A stretch of 63,144 nucleotides of DNA, counting the filler, from Octopus bimaculoides (Eukaryota), in the NCBI RefSeq assembly GCF_001194135.2. It is 6 parts of 6 records of this genome, joined end to end, with 100 filler letters (N's around TTAATTAATTAA, not from the genome) between each part and the next. Parts side by side here need not be neighbours in the genome. Positions count along the whole stretch, not along the records: positions 1 to 21,037 come from NC_068984.1; positions 21,138 to 38,154 come from NC_068983.1; 4 more parts are not named here. One strand, given 5' to 3'. Below are positions 12,216 through 23,750 of the stretch, piece by piece. Each line of letters begins with the position of its first letter. The stretch's first letter is position 1. Both the position numbers and the translations under genes were made by a program. The notes beneath the pieces are model-generated. The model worked only from the letters and a program-made list of their open reading frames with translations. It searched no databases and was not told the origin of the DNA.

Positions 12216-13128
12216 GAACAAATAGTTCATAATAAAACTGGTTCCTGTCCACGCAGCATTTGAAAACGAAGGGTCTAAAAAAGAAATATAATGTAATAAG
12301 TATTGTGAACCCTTTGGTTTTAAGTTTCATCAAATGATGAATATAAGCAGCACTCTAATGAAAGAGACTTTATCTCATCTAATCTGCAGTTTTACAACTA
12401 GGACTTAACGGCTATGATTGTAGGATCATTTGCAATGAGCTTTAGAGTATATCCTAATTATTTTACCAATATTATACTATTCCACAACCATGGGTACTTA
12501 TCAAGGATCAAGCAAAGCCAAGCCTCCGCAGCAATTCCCAGTTCACATTGTCAATTAGTGATTTGAACATCAGAAATAGGTTACATGTTTAAATAAAATA
12601 AGTATAGATAATAATGATTAATGATAATATATCCCTTTAGAATGGAACAAACTAGAATACATTTCGCAAAGCGGTCTATGTAATAACACCCAGAATCTAT
12701 CATCTAAACTAAACCTTTGTAAACCTTTTTGACGGGGAGCTTACAGGAAAACTTATACATGTACGTTTTGCAGCCATAGGATCAAAACTTTTGGTAGTAA
12801 TCTCTAATGTGGAGCTGAATCAAACACTTTAGAATAAACAGCATATATATATATNNNNNNNNNNNNNNNNNNNNNNNNNNNNNNNNNNNNNNNNNNNNNN
12901 NNNNNNNNNNNNNNNNNNNNNNNNNNNNNNNNNNNNNNNNNNNNNNNNNNNNNNNNNNNNNNNNNNNNNNNNNNNNNNNNNNNNNNNNNNNNNNNNNNNN
13001 NNNNNNNNNNNNNNNNNNNNNNNNNNNNNNNNNNNNNNNNNNNNNNNNNNNNNNNNNNNNNNNNNNNNNNNNNNNNNNNNNNNNNNNNNNNNNNNNNNNN
13101 NNNNNNNNNNNNNNNNNNNNNNNNNNNN

Positions 13129-13141
13129 GCTCTTCCGATCT
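13129..13141 (+). other. Illumina adapter remnant (artefact)
   Basis: GCTCTTCCGATCT, the 3' end of the standard Illumina adapter/sequencing primer, directly at a contig edge after an N gap. Confidence 0.9.
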
Positions 13142-13348
13142 ATTAGGCTTGCATAACAAATTTATGTTAGTAAAATATAGAACAAAATTCTGTTGCTGCA
13201 TTACATTGACTAAATATATGCTCTCTTATAACACTTAACATAATCCCTCTGCTTCTGCTTCCCAGAACACTCACTATGAGTATTCCAAGTCATTCGTATA
13301 CATACATATAAGTGTGTGTGTAAGTGGTCTGTGTGTGTGTGTGTGTAT

Positions 13349-13386
<38 letters not shown>

Positions 13387-14019
13387 GTGTGTGTGTGTGC
13401 GTGCGTATGTGTGTGTGTCCATGTGTGTCTGTGTATTTCTACATATGTTTTCATGTTTGTATTTTCCTTCACATCACTTGTAAAGTGGTGATCTTGGTTT
13501 ACGTCCTGCTGCTTATTGGCTCAATTTATAAAACAATAAAATATGCAAATGGGCTCAAAATAAGTCTGAGGTCGGCATTATTAGCTAAAAGCCTTCAAAG
13601 TGATGTCCCAGCATCACAGCAATTCAGTAGCTGAAAAAAGTAAACAGATAATATATGTATGAGTGTGTGAGAGTGTATTTCGCATCTGATATTAGCATGT
13701 TGCACTTAATAGTATTGAGAAATAATTGCCTGAAGAAGAATCACCCATGCTTATTTGCAAAGTAATTAAATATATTTGTTTACCCAGGGAAATAGCTAAT
13801 ATTGTTTGCAGTATTCAGTTACTAACCATACATAATAACCTGGTGTCTTCTGCTCTTGTAATTATTATTCCTTGCCGTGAATTCTGAACAATGCTATTAC
13901 TCCCAAAGGCTTTTTAAAATTCTCTCTCTCCCTCTACTTCTCCTGTGTCCAACAGTTTCCTCACCCTGTCACTTTTCTCTCACTTTCACACTCTCTGTCT
14001 CCCTGTTTCGTGTAATTCC

Positions 14020-14051
<32 letters not shown>

Positions 14052-15230
14052 NNNNNNNNNNNNNNNNNNNNNNNNNNNNNNNNNNNNNNNNNNNNNNNNN
14101 NNNNNNNNNNNNNNNNNNNNNNNNNNNNNNNNNNNNNNNNNNNNNNNNNNNNNNNNNNNNNNNNNNNNNNNNNNNNNNNNNNNNNNNNNNNNNNNNNNNN
14201 NNNNNNNNNNNNNNNNNNNNNNNNNNNNNNNNNNNNNNNNNNNNNNNNNNNNNNNNNNNNNNNNNNNNNNNNNNNNNNNNNNNNNNNNNNNNNNNNNNNN
14301 NNNNNNNNNNNNNNNNNNNNNNNNNNNNNNNNNNNNNNNNNNNNNNNNNNNNNNNNNNNNNNNNNNNNNNNNNNNNNNNNNNNNNNNNNNNNNNNNNNNN
14401 NNNNNNNNNNNNNNNNNNNNNNNNNNNNNNNNNNNNNNNNNNNNNNNNNNNNNNNNNNNNNNNNNNNNNNNNNNNNNNNNNNNNNNNNNNNNNNNNNNNN
14501 NNNNNNNNNNNNNNNNNNNNNNNNNNNNNNNNNNNNNNNNNNNNNNNNNNNNNNNNNNNNNNNNNNNNNNNNNNNNNNNNNNNNNNNNNNNNNNNNTATA
14601 TTTATTCATACATATATGTAGATAAATATGCACATATATATAATATATATATATAATATATAATATAATATATAATATATATATTATATATATATATATA
14701 TATATAATATATATACATATATATAATATATATACATATGTATACACTCACATACACACACATATTTGTGTGTGTGTGTGTGTGTGTGTGTGAAATGAAA
14801 CAGGATATTTCAAAGCATTTCATTTGACCATTATTGCATCAATCATCAAGGTGACTTCATTATATGTTAAATACAAATATAAGCCAGCTATAGTTACTAA
14901 CGTTTTACAGTTAATTATGACATATTTATGTTTGAATACGCTAGAAGTAGGAAACAAAAGAAAATGTTTCAGTTGATGTAGTCGATGTGCGAAAGGGAAC
15001 ATTTTTGGTCAGTAAGGACTGAATATTAAAAATTAGTAAAATTAACACTTGAGATTCAATTAAGCATATGAAGTACATCTAAAAATTAGACTGGAAAGTT
15101 GAAAAGATTGATTCAATATATTCTATAATCTCCGAAGTCTAATTTCAGATTTGGAACTAAACGTGAAGATTAAAATAGGCTTTACGTAGAAAAACACAAA
15201 TTTGTAAGGGACGTGTATGTGTATATATAT

Positions 15231-15440
15231 ACCGGAGTAAGCACATAAATGTGCAGCAAGGTGGAAAAAAGAGTACTCAAATACCAGAGGTAGAGTAATA
15301 TGCTTTATTTAAAAGCAGCAGAAATATAACAAAAAACTGTTACCCTAACCCTAACCCTAACAAAACTGTCCGATGAACGGGAACGTGAAACTCCGAGTAA
15401 CAGTTTTTTGTTATATTTCTGCTGCTTGTAAATAAAGTAT
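15231..15440. mobile_element. Penelope-like terminal repeat in inverted arrangement around (CCCTAA)3
   Basis: ~40-bp inverted repeat (15304-15343 vs 15397-15436, one mismatch) enclosing (CCCTAA)3 at 15343-15360 and the hammerhead core. Confidence 0.6.
15362..15407 (+). ncRNA. Minimal type I hammerhead ribozyme (Penelope-type), core variant CCGAUGA
   Basis: Stem I AAAACTGT (15362-69)/ACAGTTTT (15400-07); core CCGATGA (15370-76); stem II ACG-GGAA-CGT; GAA; stem III ACT-CCG-AGT; cleavage triplet GUA (15397-99). Confidence 0.75.
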
Positions 15441-16249
15441 ATATACATGTGTGTGTGTGCGCGTNNNNNNNNNNNNNNNNNNNNNNNNNNNNNNNNNNNN
15501 NNNNNNNNNNNNNNNNNNNNNNNNNNNNNNNNNNNNNNNNNNNNNNNNNNNNNNNNNNNNNNNNNNNNNNNNNNNNNNNNNNNNNNNNNNNNNNNNNNNN
15601 NNNNNNNNNNNNNNNNNNNNNNNNNNNNNNNNNNNNNNNNNNNNNNNNNNNNNNNNNNNNNNNNNNNNNNNNNNNNNNNNNNNNNNNNNNNNNNNNNNNN
15701 NNNNNNNNNNNNNNNNNNNNNNNNNNNNNNNNNNNNNNNNNNNNNNNNNNNNNNNNNNNNNNNNNNNNNNNNNNNNNNNNNNNNNNNNNNNNNNNNATAT
15801 ATATATATATATAACGCACGACAAAAGCGTAAACATTGAACTCAAAGAAAACTCACTTGCAAAGAAATGTGATGAATTTGCTGTTCTAGAATTTTTAAAA
15901 TGTCTACAAGTGATTGATAAATAATTTAAAGGTAAAGCTAGAATGTTATTCGTAAAGAAAATTTTATTCCTCCAAAACAACCAACACTTATTTCTAAAAG
16001 TCTAATACTGGTTATGATATGGTAACGACAATTGCTCATCCAAAATGAAGTGAAAAGACAATATACACTGTTAAAGAGGAAACCTATTTACTTATCAAAA
16101 ACAATGTTCAGAGTGAAATTATTTTACATTGAAATACAATGTTTAAGAAATGTTTAAGACTAATACATTTCACGTTTTGAGTTGAAATATGATGCAAGTT
16201 TTTCTTTGTGAATCGATAAAGGCCACTTAAATTTCATGCGCTACAATTC

Positions 16250-16350
16250 ACCAAATTGAGGTTGAAGGTTATCAGATTTTTAGAAATATTAAAGACGTCA
16301 AGGAGGAGTTTTGTCTTCCATCCGTTCAATGCCACAAAACAGGAAATGAT
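16250..16350 (+). mobile_element. Very degenerate LINE RT fragment
   Basis: aaagacgtcaaggaggagttttgtcttccatccgttcaat resembles the G.RQGGVLSP.LFN motif across frameshifts. Confidence 0.3.
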
Positions 16351-16989
16351 ACCTTTTCTATACTTACACTTATACAATAATAGATTTCAGCTAACCTTGT
16401 TCCCATTTTGTCTGTTATCTAAGCGTATTACCTTGTGTTTATGTATGTAGGTTGGGGAAAATGAATAAAGTAGTTAATTTATTGGACAACCAGATTGCAG
16501 GTGTTGAGCTACATTTATTTCTTCTATATCTGGATAATACTTATTAATTCTGTATGCTTCAGTTAACTTGTTTGTTCAATATAGTCAGAGAACGGCTTGG
16601 AATTTACACTGCGATAACCAGCAATCTTATCGAAAAGATTTATCTCTCAGCTGCTTAACACCATAAAATAAAACTGAAGCTAAGCATCCATTCTAACGAA
16701 CTGACCTGGCTTTGGTGATTTTTGCAATATATAGAAAATATTTGTGGTATTGAACTCTATAGGGAATACTATAGTGATATATGAAGTCTCAATATAAATT
16801 TTCGCATAAATTTAATACCAACATTTAAATTTTAAATCCACACACTACGTTTTCTTACTTTTTTTAAATAACGCATTTTCCATCCACTTTCATTTGTAGT
16901 AGTGTGCTATTTTGTTCTTTTATCTTACTTTTTTTTTTTCATTAAATCTATTTTCTTCAAATGCATTGTGCACTTCTTATAATATACAT

Positions 16990-18060
16990 TACTATTTACT
17001 TTTATGAGGTTATAAGAACCGAAATAATCTTGCAAATTTAATTCAAGGACTTTTCCATCAAGTATTGCCGACATGCAAGATGAAGTTATCAAGCATAGTG
17101 GTGAAGTAGTGACTGATTTTATGTTCGCACTAATAACTATGAAATGGTTCATCAGTTTCAGACAATCGATGAGATTCAATACTGATTTCAGTTTACAAGG
17201 AAAATTATGTCAAGTTCAACATTCGTGATATTTCTTTATTTGACACTTGTGTAAGACTTTTGCCAAACTTTTATTGAATCACAAATATTTGCTCCTTTGT
17301 TATTTCGGTGTTTCAATGTGAATTTAGAAATATTTATTTAGGCACAATAAATATGTTTTTTAGCGTCAGTCAGTTGCAAGAGAAGTGCATAAAACAGTGA
17401 CACCCTTCTTACTCTACCAAGCTTTCATTCATTCATTCATTTCACGAAAGCCTTTGTGGTAGTGAATAGAAACGCACTGTGGAGAATCTCGAGAAAACTG
17501 CGAAGATCATCTAAGTTTGTGAATATGTTTGTCCATTTATATACTGATACGATGGCTTACTTCAACTCAAATGTTTTGCTATAACAAAAATCTAGTAGAC
17601 AATGATGGTAAACAGGGATATACTCGTACAAAACTTTATTCTCCATGGTGTCACTAACAACAACTTGAAGGCTTTTAACATCTGCAATGGAAATTGGGAA
17701 CTTCATGTGCACAACAAAAGTGAATAGTAGTCTATAACTGCCATTCGCTTTTGAGCAAAATCTGCTTGCCCATCAAAGGGTGAAAAGAAGTGCCCGTAAC
17801 TGCTGACTATTGAAGTTCTGTAAAATAGAGGATCAGAGGTAATCTCACTTGCATCATATTTTCAAAAGCCGGTTTTGTCATCCTATGAAGTTCATATATC
17901 AGGAGAGCAACACGGAGTGCTTATATGTATGAAATTTCATCATCCGCAGCGAAGTATTGTTGTCCTTTATGTTTGATAATGTGCTCATCAACTGATAAAT
18001 TGAAAGATTAAATAATTTTGTGGTGAATGTACGATGTCGGAGTTGCTCTTGGTGTGAATT
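16990..18060 (+). mobile_element. Degenerate RTE-type LINE reverse transcriptase fragment
   Basis: Across frameshifts: QCEFRNIYLGTINMFFSVSQLQEKCIKQ, FTKAFVVVNRNALWRISRKL..SKFVNMFVHLYTD and GKQGY, matching RT motifs QCGFR..RGTIDMIF..RQLQEKC, DLTKAFD.V.R.ALW and GVKQG; many stops. Confidence 0.75.
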
Positions 18061-18173
18061 TTCATAGAATTATGTATTACATTTGTCACCCAAAAAAGGG
18101 CTATAAGAAAGTCATGGATAGGTAGTCATCTGAGGGCTCTTAGAAAAGCGGCGAGAGAATACGTCTACATTGA

Positions 18174-18238
<65 letters not shown>

Positions 18239-18975
18239 CATATATACGTACGTACGTACGTACGTACATACATACATACTCACATACTCACAGACACGTA
18301 CAATATGTATGTATGTATATGTGTACATANNNNNNNNNNATATATATGTGTATATCTATATGTTTGTATGTGTATATGTATATGCACATACATACCTATG
18401 TGTTTGCGCGTGGGTGTACATGAGAAAATCCATGAATATTGTATATGTTCTAATATGAAATAGACATGTGATAAATATCTTTCAATATATCTTATTGAAT
18501 CTTCCGGCAGAACACGCTTTACTTAGAGACGACGTAGTCATGTAAAATACGTAGACAAGAATCTTCAATGGCTTCGGTGCATCTCCTCTTCCTTACTCCC
18601 ACTACCACCATCTTCGTGAGAGAAGTCACTAAAGTATGGTATGATTGCTTTCTCGGATTTCGTTCCACGTGAAATTTATCACTTAATGGTTGTCGTTCAG
18701 CCGACATAAGATTACTTGCTAGAATTGCCTGAACACTGTAAGTACATGCCTTGATAGAGAAAGCAGTGACCGATAATAATTACCTGTATAAAAGGAATAG
18801 ATCAAGGAATAAATAAGTAAATAAATGAACATAAAAAAGACAAGTCAAAACAAATATAAGCAACAAATTACTAACGAAGCAAAACCTTGATAAATTTAAT
18901 AAAATGAACAGTGATTTCATTTTAAAATAGATTTAATTGATTTATTCTAGAAAAATTAGCTATAAAATAACTAAA

Positions 18976-19055
18976 ATGAATTTCGCAGAAAAATATCAAA
19001 TATTAACTTTGAATTTACTGGTAGTGATTTTGACATTTCTAGAAATATCTTTTTG
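18976..19055 (+). CDS. Candidate first coding exon encoding a signal peptide (unknown gene)
   Basis: Acceptor tttattctag ending 18950, AAAATG start context, MNFAEKYQILTLNLLVVILTFLEISF plus 2 nt, consensus donor GTGAGT at 19056. Confidence 0.5.
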
Positions 19056-19143
19056 GTGAGTATCACGGTATCTTGCGATCATCAGATGGCTAGTCTAATC
19101 AGATTGTAGTAGTCGAAGCAGTGTTTCTAATACTGAAATAATA

Positions 19144-19368
19144 GGATCTTTTCCTTTTGGCCAGCACATCGATAAAATAATTGATTGGTTGAAATTACCG
19201 AAATACGACAACCTTAACACGAAATAACTTCGAAAATAAAGAATTTTCCTAAAAACGCCAAGAGTAAATGATGTTTTAAATGACACATTCTACCAGTATA
19301 CGAAATTTGAAAGTGTTTAGTTACAAAAAGTTATTTTTTTGTATGTGCCGGCCAAAAGGAAAAGATTC
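19144..19368. mobile_element. MITE-like element with ~26-bp terminal inverted repeats
   Basis: Left ggatcttttccttttggccagcacat; right reverse complement gaatcttttccttttggccggcacat (24/26 identical). Confidence 0.75.
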
Positions 19369-20407
19369 AAATAATATAATATGAAATATTAAGTTAGAAC
19401 TTTAAATAATTACATACAAGAGACTAGACCGCATTATAAGAAACGTATTAAAAGACTTGTAATTCGTCAATCATTCAGTGGTTGTATGTTACAAAAAGAA
19501 CCAGCTTCTGAACATCACATGACGTTAAAGAAGTGTAAGGAAACAAGTGTTAACTTTGAATATAAACTCTCCAAATTATATACCGCCATTTTGAAACTGA
19601 TTGCATCAAAATATAGTAAAACAGTAACCGGATCAGAAATTAAATTTTAAAGTAATTGGGTGATATGGTTAATAACTAAAATCTAATGCAGTTGTGACTG
19701 TAACAATCTAATGATATGCCTATGAAAATGTTGTTATCGGATCAGTAATTTTAAGATATTAATACTTCAAATTTAAATAAGAAAGTGTCTGTTATCGAAA
19801 TGGAAATATTAAATTAAAGCAAACACGATATTGAGCAAATTTTTCCATACACTATTAATCCATTATCTCCAACTAGATGTATAGAGAGACTCATATACCA
19901 ATCATGTCATATGAACGATAAAAATCGTTTGACTGACAAATTTCCTGAAACCACACAAAGTATCTTCTCATGCTATCTTATCTAACTCTCACAAATGAAA
20001 CGAAGATTAGAAAAATATATGATAATGCACGACAGTGTTATATTCTATGCCATTCTACAAAACAAACTGATCATTATTCATATGCACATACAATATAATA
20101 TACATATGGTATATTAATAAAATACAGCAATACAGAACAACAATTTTATTTTAAGATAAACATATATAACGATATTTAAATTAACTAACTTGCTTAGAAG
20201 CAGAACGATACGGTACTTTATGGGGATATAAACTCATGTGTATTATTCCGTTAATTCGGTGCCACCTGACGAGTATGAATATAAAAATCTTCCAAGAAAA
20301 AACAAGACAGAAAATTTTGAAAAGTAGCAAAATAGATCCCAGCATGTTTACAAAATTATGAATAGGAAAATATGAATCAGACAGCACAAACAGAAATATG
20401 AATAAAA

Positions 20408-20512
20408 AGCAAAGTCGACCTCGGCAGAATTTGAACTCAGAACGTAAAGACAGACAAAATACCCCCTAAGCATTTCGCCCGGTGTGCTAACGTTTCTACC
20501 AGCTCGCCGCTT
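20408..20512 (-). mobile_element. Family B SINE, 5' part
   Basis: aaagtcgacctcggcagaatttgaactcagaacgtaaag...ctaagcatttcgcccggtgtgctaacgtttctaccagctcgcc. Confidence 0.85.
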
Positions 20513-21037
20513 TTCACTGTTAAAATATTACTTTGTCACTGAAAATAAATAATTATCGAGAAAATTATTACAGTAGATCTCTTATAGTAATTATCTTCTT
20601 GCAGAGGCCTGTACATTCCTGTATGCATGGGAAATATTTTCTATTTCGAATTTTGGAAGCAGTCAATTTTTTTTTATTTTCTTATTTTCTTATTTTCTAA
20701 TTCGTTAAGCATCTGAGTCGAGGATATAGCTGTAACTTACTTTTGAAGTATTGTGCATGTTGTACTTTGTCTATTTAACTAATTGTCTTTGCAATTTCGG
20801 CTGGTTATTCTCGATGTTGCTCCAATCTAGCCAGCCCCAAGGAAAAACTAAGCTAAGAGCATTAGATTCCTTGGAAGAAAGCAGCGAATGTATACAAAAA
20901 CAAGGATGGAAAAAAACGAACAATGTTTCACAAATACAATAAAAATAATAACAGGACATAGCAACAGATGTCTTTCGACTAAGGATGAATTAAACTAAGC
21001 TGGCGTGTATGTATATATATATATATATATATATATA

Positions 21038-21137
21038 NNNNNNNNNNNNNNNNNNNNNNNNNNNNNNNNNNNNNNNNNNNNTTAATTAATTAANNNNNNN
21101 NNNNNNNNNNNNNNNNNNNNNNNNNNNNNNNNNNNNN
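21038..21137. other. Artificial scaffold linker 44N-TTAATTAATTAA-44N (also 38155-38254, 43181-43280, 47143-47242, 54868-54967)
   Basis: Identical 100-bp layout five times; the 12-mer is self-complementary and gives a stop in all six frames. Confidence 0.95.
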
Positions 21138-21605
21138 GTGGAGTTCCTCAATTCACTTCAGCCACCAGGATTTCCACCACACATTCTGATCGTGAAAATA
21201 GGTGCTCCCATAATGCTATTAAGAAACCTTGATACACCCAGACTCTGCAATGGAACAAGGTTGGTTGTTAAAACAGCCATGCCCCATGTGTTGGAAGCAA
21301 CAATAATTACAGGCAACATGATGGGTGAGAATGTCTTCATTCCAAGGATACCTCTCATTTCAAATGATCTCCCCTTTCAGTTCAAGAGACTGCAGTTTCC
21401 CGTCAAACTTACCTTTGCAATGTCTATCAACTAAGCACAAGGTCAATCTCTAAAGGTGGTGTGACTTAACCTCCTTCAACCTTGCTTCTCACATGGTCAG
21501 CTGTATATTGGATGTTCTAGAGTTGGAGATGAAAAGAACCTCTACATTCTTAGTGATAAACATGGCAAGACAGAAAACATAGTATATGAAGAAGCACTTA
21601 CATGA
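21138..21605 (+). pseudogene. Helitron PIF1-family helicase C-terminus, disrupted
   Basis: [28 protein letters not shown]...LCNGTRL...[60 protein letters not shown]; two in-frame stops; ends TGA 21603-21605. Confidence 0.92.
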
Positions 21606-21852
21606 ATAGTATGTACATAACATATACAAAAGTGTAAAACCATTGAGTGTTAAAGTAAGTATTACTATTACACTTTCACTTTTCGNNNNNNNNNNGTCAA
21701 TGTATATCTGTGTATATAACAGTGAAACAATAACGTGGTATATTCGCTGTGTGAATTTTTTTCATTTAAGCCCCATTTTAATTATTGTAAAAGTTTCCAA
21801 GTACCAATAAGCAACAATTTCATTCCTGGACAACGCCGAGTGGCTCTGCTAG
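21138..21852 (+). mobile_element. 3' end of a Helitron (helicase, degenerate GC-rich terminal palindrome, CTAG terminus)
   Basis: cctggacaacgccgagtggctctgCTAG|T at 21825-21853 downstream of the helicase; the 5' part is lost at a scaffold linker. Confidence 0.85.
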
Positions 21853-23528
21853 TCCTGTATAATTTGATAATGTAAGGGAATGATAGACTAGAAGAAAAAT
21901 AAACGTTATAACATGAGATCAAAGAGATGCATTAAAAATGTAAAACAAATATAATTAATTATATAAAAAAATGAGAACAGGAATACATCATCTTAATTAA
22001 TAACCTTGCGCAAACAGTTTGTAAAAAATATTGTGTGAGCCACGTTGTTGGACATAAGTATAGTCTGAAGGCTTTCAAATAGAAATTGAAATATTGCTTT
22101 TGTTCGATGTATTCCAGAAATGATTATGGTATAAATATGCATTGAATCAAAATATCAAATGTAGTTGCGTCATCTCTTTGCGATACCATTTGTGAAAATC
22201 TGGTTGGATGCGACAGCCTGAATTCATATAATTTACCCTGAACAATTTGTTATAACTCGAAAAAATATATTGCAGTAGTTAGTATACTAACATACTGTAG
22301 TTTTAATAGTAGAATAGAGAAGGTAGAATGACAGGAAATATAACAGCGTAATTAGAGGCATTATGTTTAATAGCTGATATATCAGAATTATAAGTCATTA
22401 CAAAAATAACAGTACAAAGTAAGAAGGAAATAAACTTGATACAAAAATAGGCACCGTACCTGTCAGACCGTAGAATTGACAGAAGTTTTAGAAGATGCAT
22501 GTGACTAAGTATCTACATGAAAAAAATATGCAAAGAAAGGAAGTCCCTTGTGGAAGAGGTCAACTACATACAAACAATGTTTTGAATTTACAAGAAATTA
22601 AATAATAGTGGCTTTATCTTCTATGGTTATAATCCGCTTCTGTGTTTCGTTATTAGTGTGAATAGTTCTACGGACATATATGGAAAAGTCTCAAATTAAA
22701 TCCAATCATAGATGCCTAAAAGGAGAGTTACCAGAAGACTGAAACAAACACTGCAGCAGCGCCCGTGAATAGTCAATATGTGCGAAATTTAGAAAGAACG
22801 TTCGTGCACACATACTTTCGGAAAATTCATTTATCATCGCAGATATGATCCATATTCTGCAAAACTATTCCCAGTAATAATAAAAACAGCAACACAGAGA
22901 AGCACAAAACTTAACTAAAAATTTCCAGCAATGATTCCATAGTGTACAGTAGATGCATCCAAACCTTTAATATAAAAATTGTAATCTCTTATTGTGACAG
23001 AAAGCCACAAATCAGTAGAGAAATAGTATAGTAAGAAACGTATGGAGAAGTATAGTGAAATTTTAACGCAGAATGTAGAGTGACTGTTTCAACTCAAGCC
23101 CGTATATTAAGCATTGCACAATAATAAATATTTGCAAATGAAATTAGTTTCATGAAACTGGGCGAGAAACATTTTGTCTTAGCGTTATCTGAAAGATATG
23201 TAGGACAGTGTTCACCATTTCTAGTTTGTGGTTCATGGAGAAAGCTTCGAGTGTTTTCTAGTTAACTTTCCTGCAACGGGTTCTTGTCGTTAAGGAATCA
23301 TAAAAAAACACAGAACATATAGAATATATATTCAAAAGGTTTGCAAATGTGAAATCACTTGAGACAAAACTAATACCAGTTAAACCACGGAGTTCAGTCA
23401 AAAACGCAGTACAAAAGATAGAAAATAAAGATCAACGTCATAGAGAATTATTATGATACAGCAATTTCATCAAGAAACAGCTTTTTTCATCTTCCAAAGT
23501 GTAAAGGCTCCTACATAAACTAAGCAAT

Positions 23529-23530
<2 letters not shown>

Positions 23531-23594
<64 letters not shown>

Positions 23595-23701
23595 TGGACA
23601 GCATGAACGCGACAAGAAAAACGACAATGATATTAGTAATGACAATGAGGATGATGGTTGTGGTAGTGGTGATAATGAAGCTGATTAATTATTAGTAGTA
23701 T

Positions 23702-23750
<49 letters not shown>
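23531..23750. repeat. (AAT)n (23531-23595) and (TAG)n (23700-23750) microsatellites
   Basis: Direct reading. Confidence 0.95.

Noticed and set aside
15343-15360. True chromosome end
   Set aside because: Only three repeats, internal, with ordinary sequence on both sides.
16925-17179. 84-aa minus-strand ORF
   Set aside because: Antisense shadow of the degenerate plus-strand RT fragment.
17900-18010. Minus-strand LSVDEHIIKHKG resembling a piggyBac motif
   Set aside because: No further piggyBac motifs follow, and the region is better explained by the plus-strand RTE fragment.
21082-21093. Recurrent TTAATTAATTAA as a biological repeat or CRISPR-like unit
   Set aside because: Always centred in exactly 44+44 Ns; an assembly linker. 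No CRISPR array or cas gene is present.
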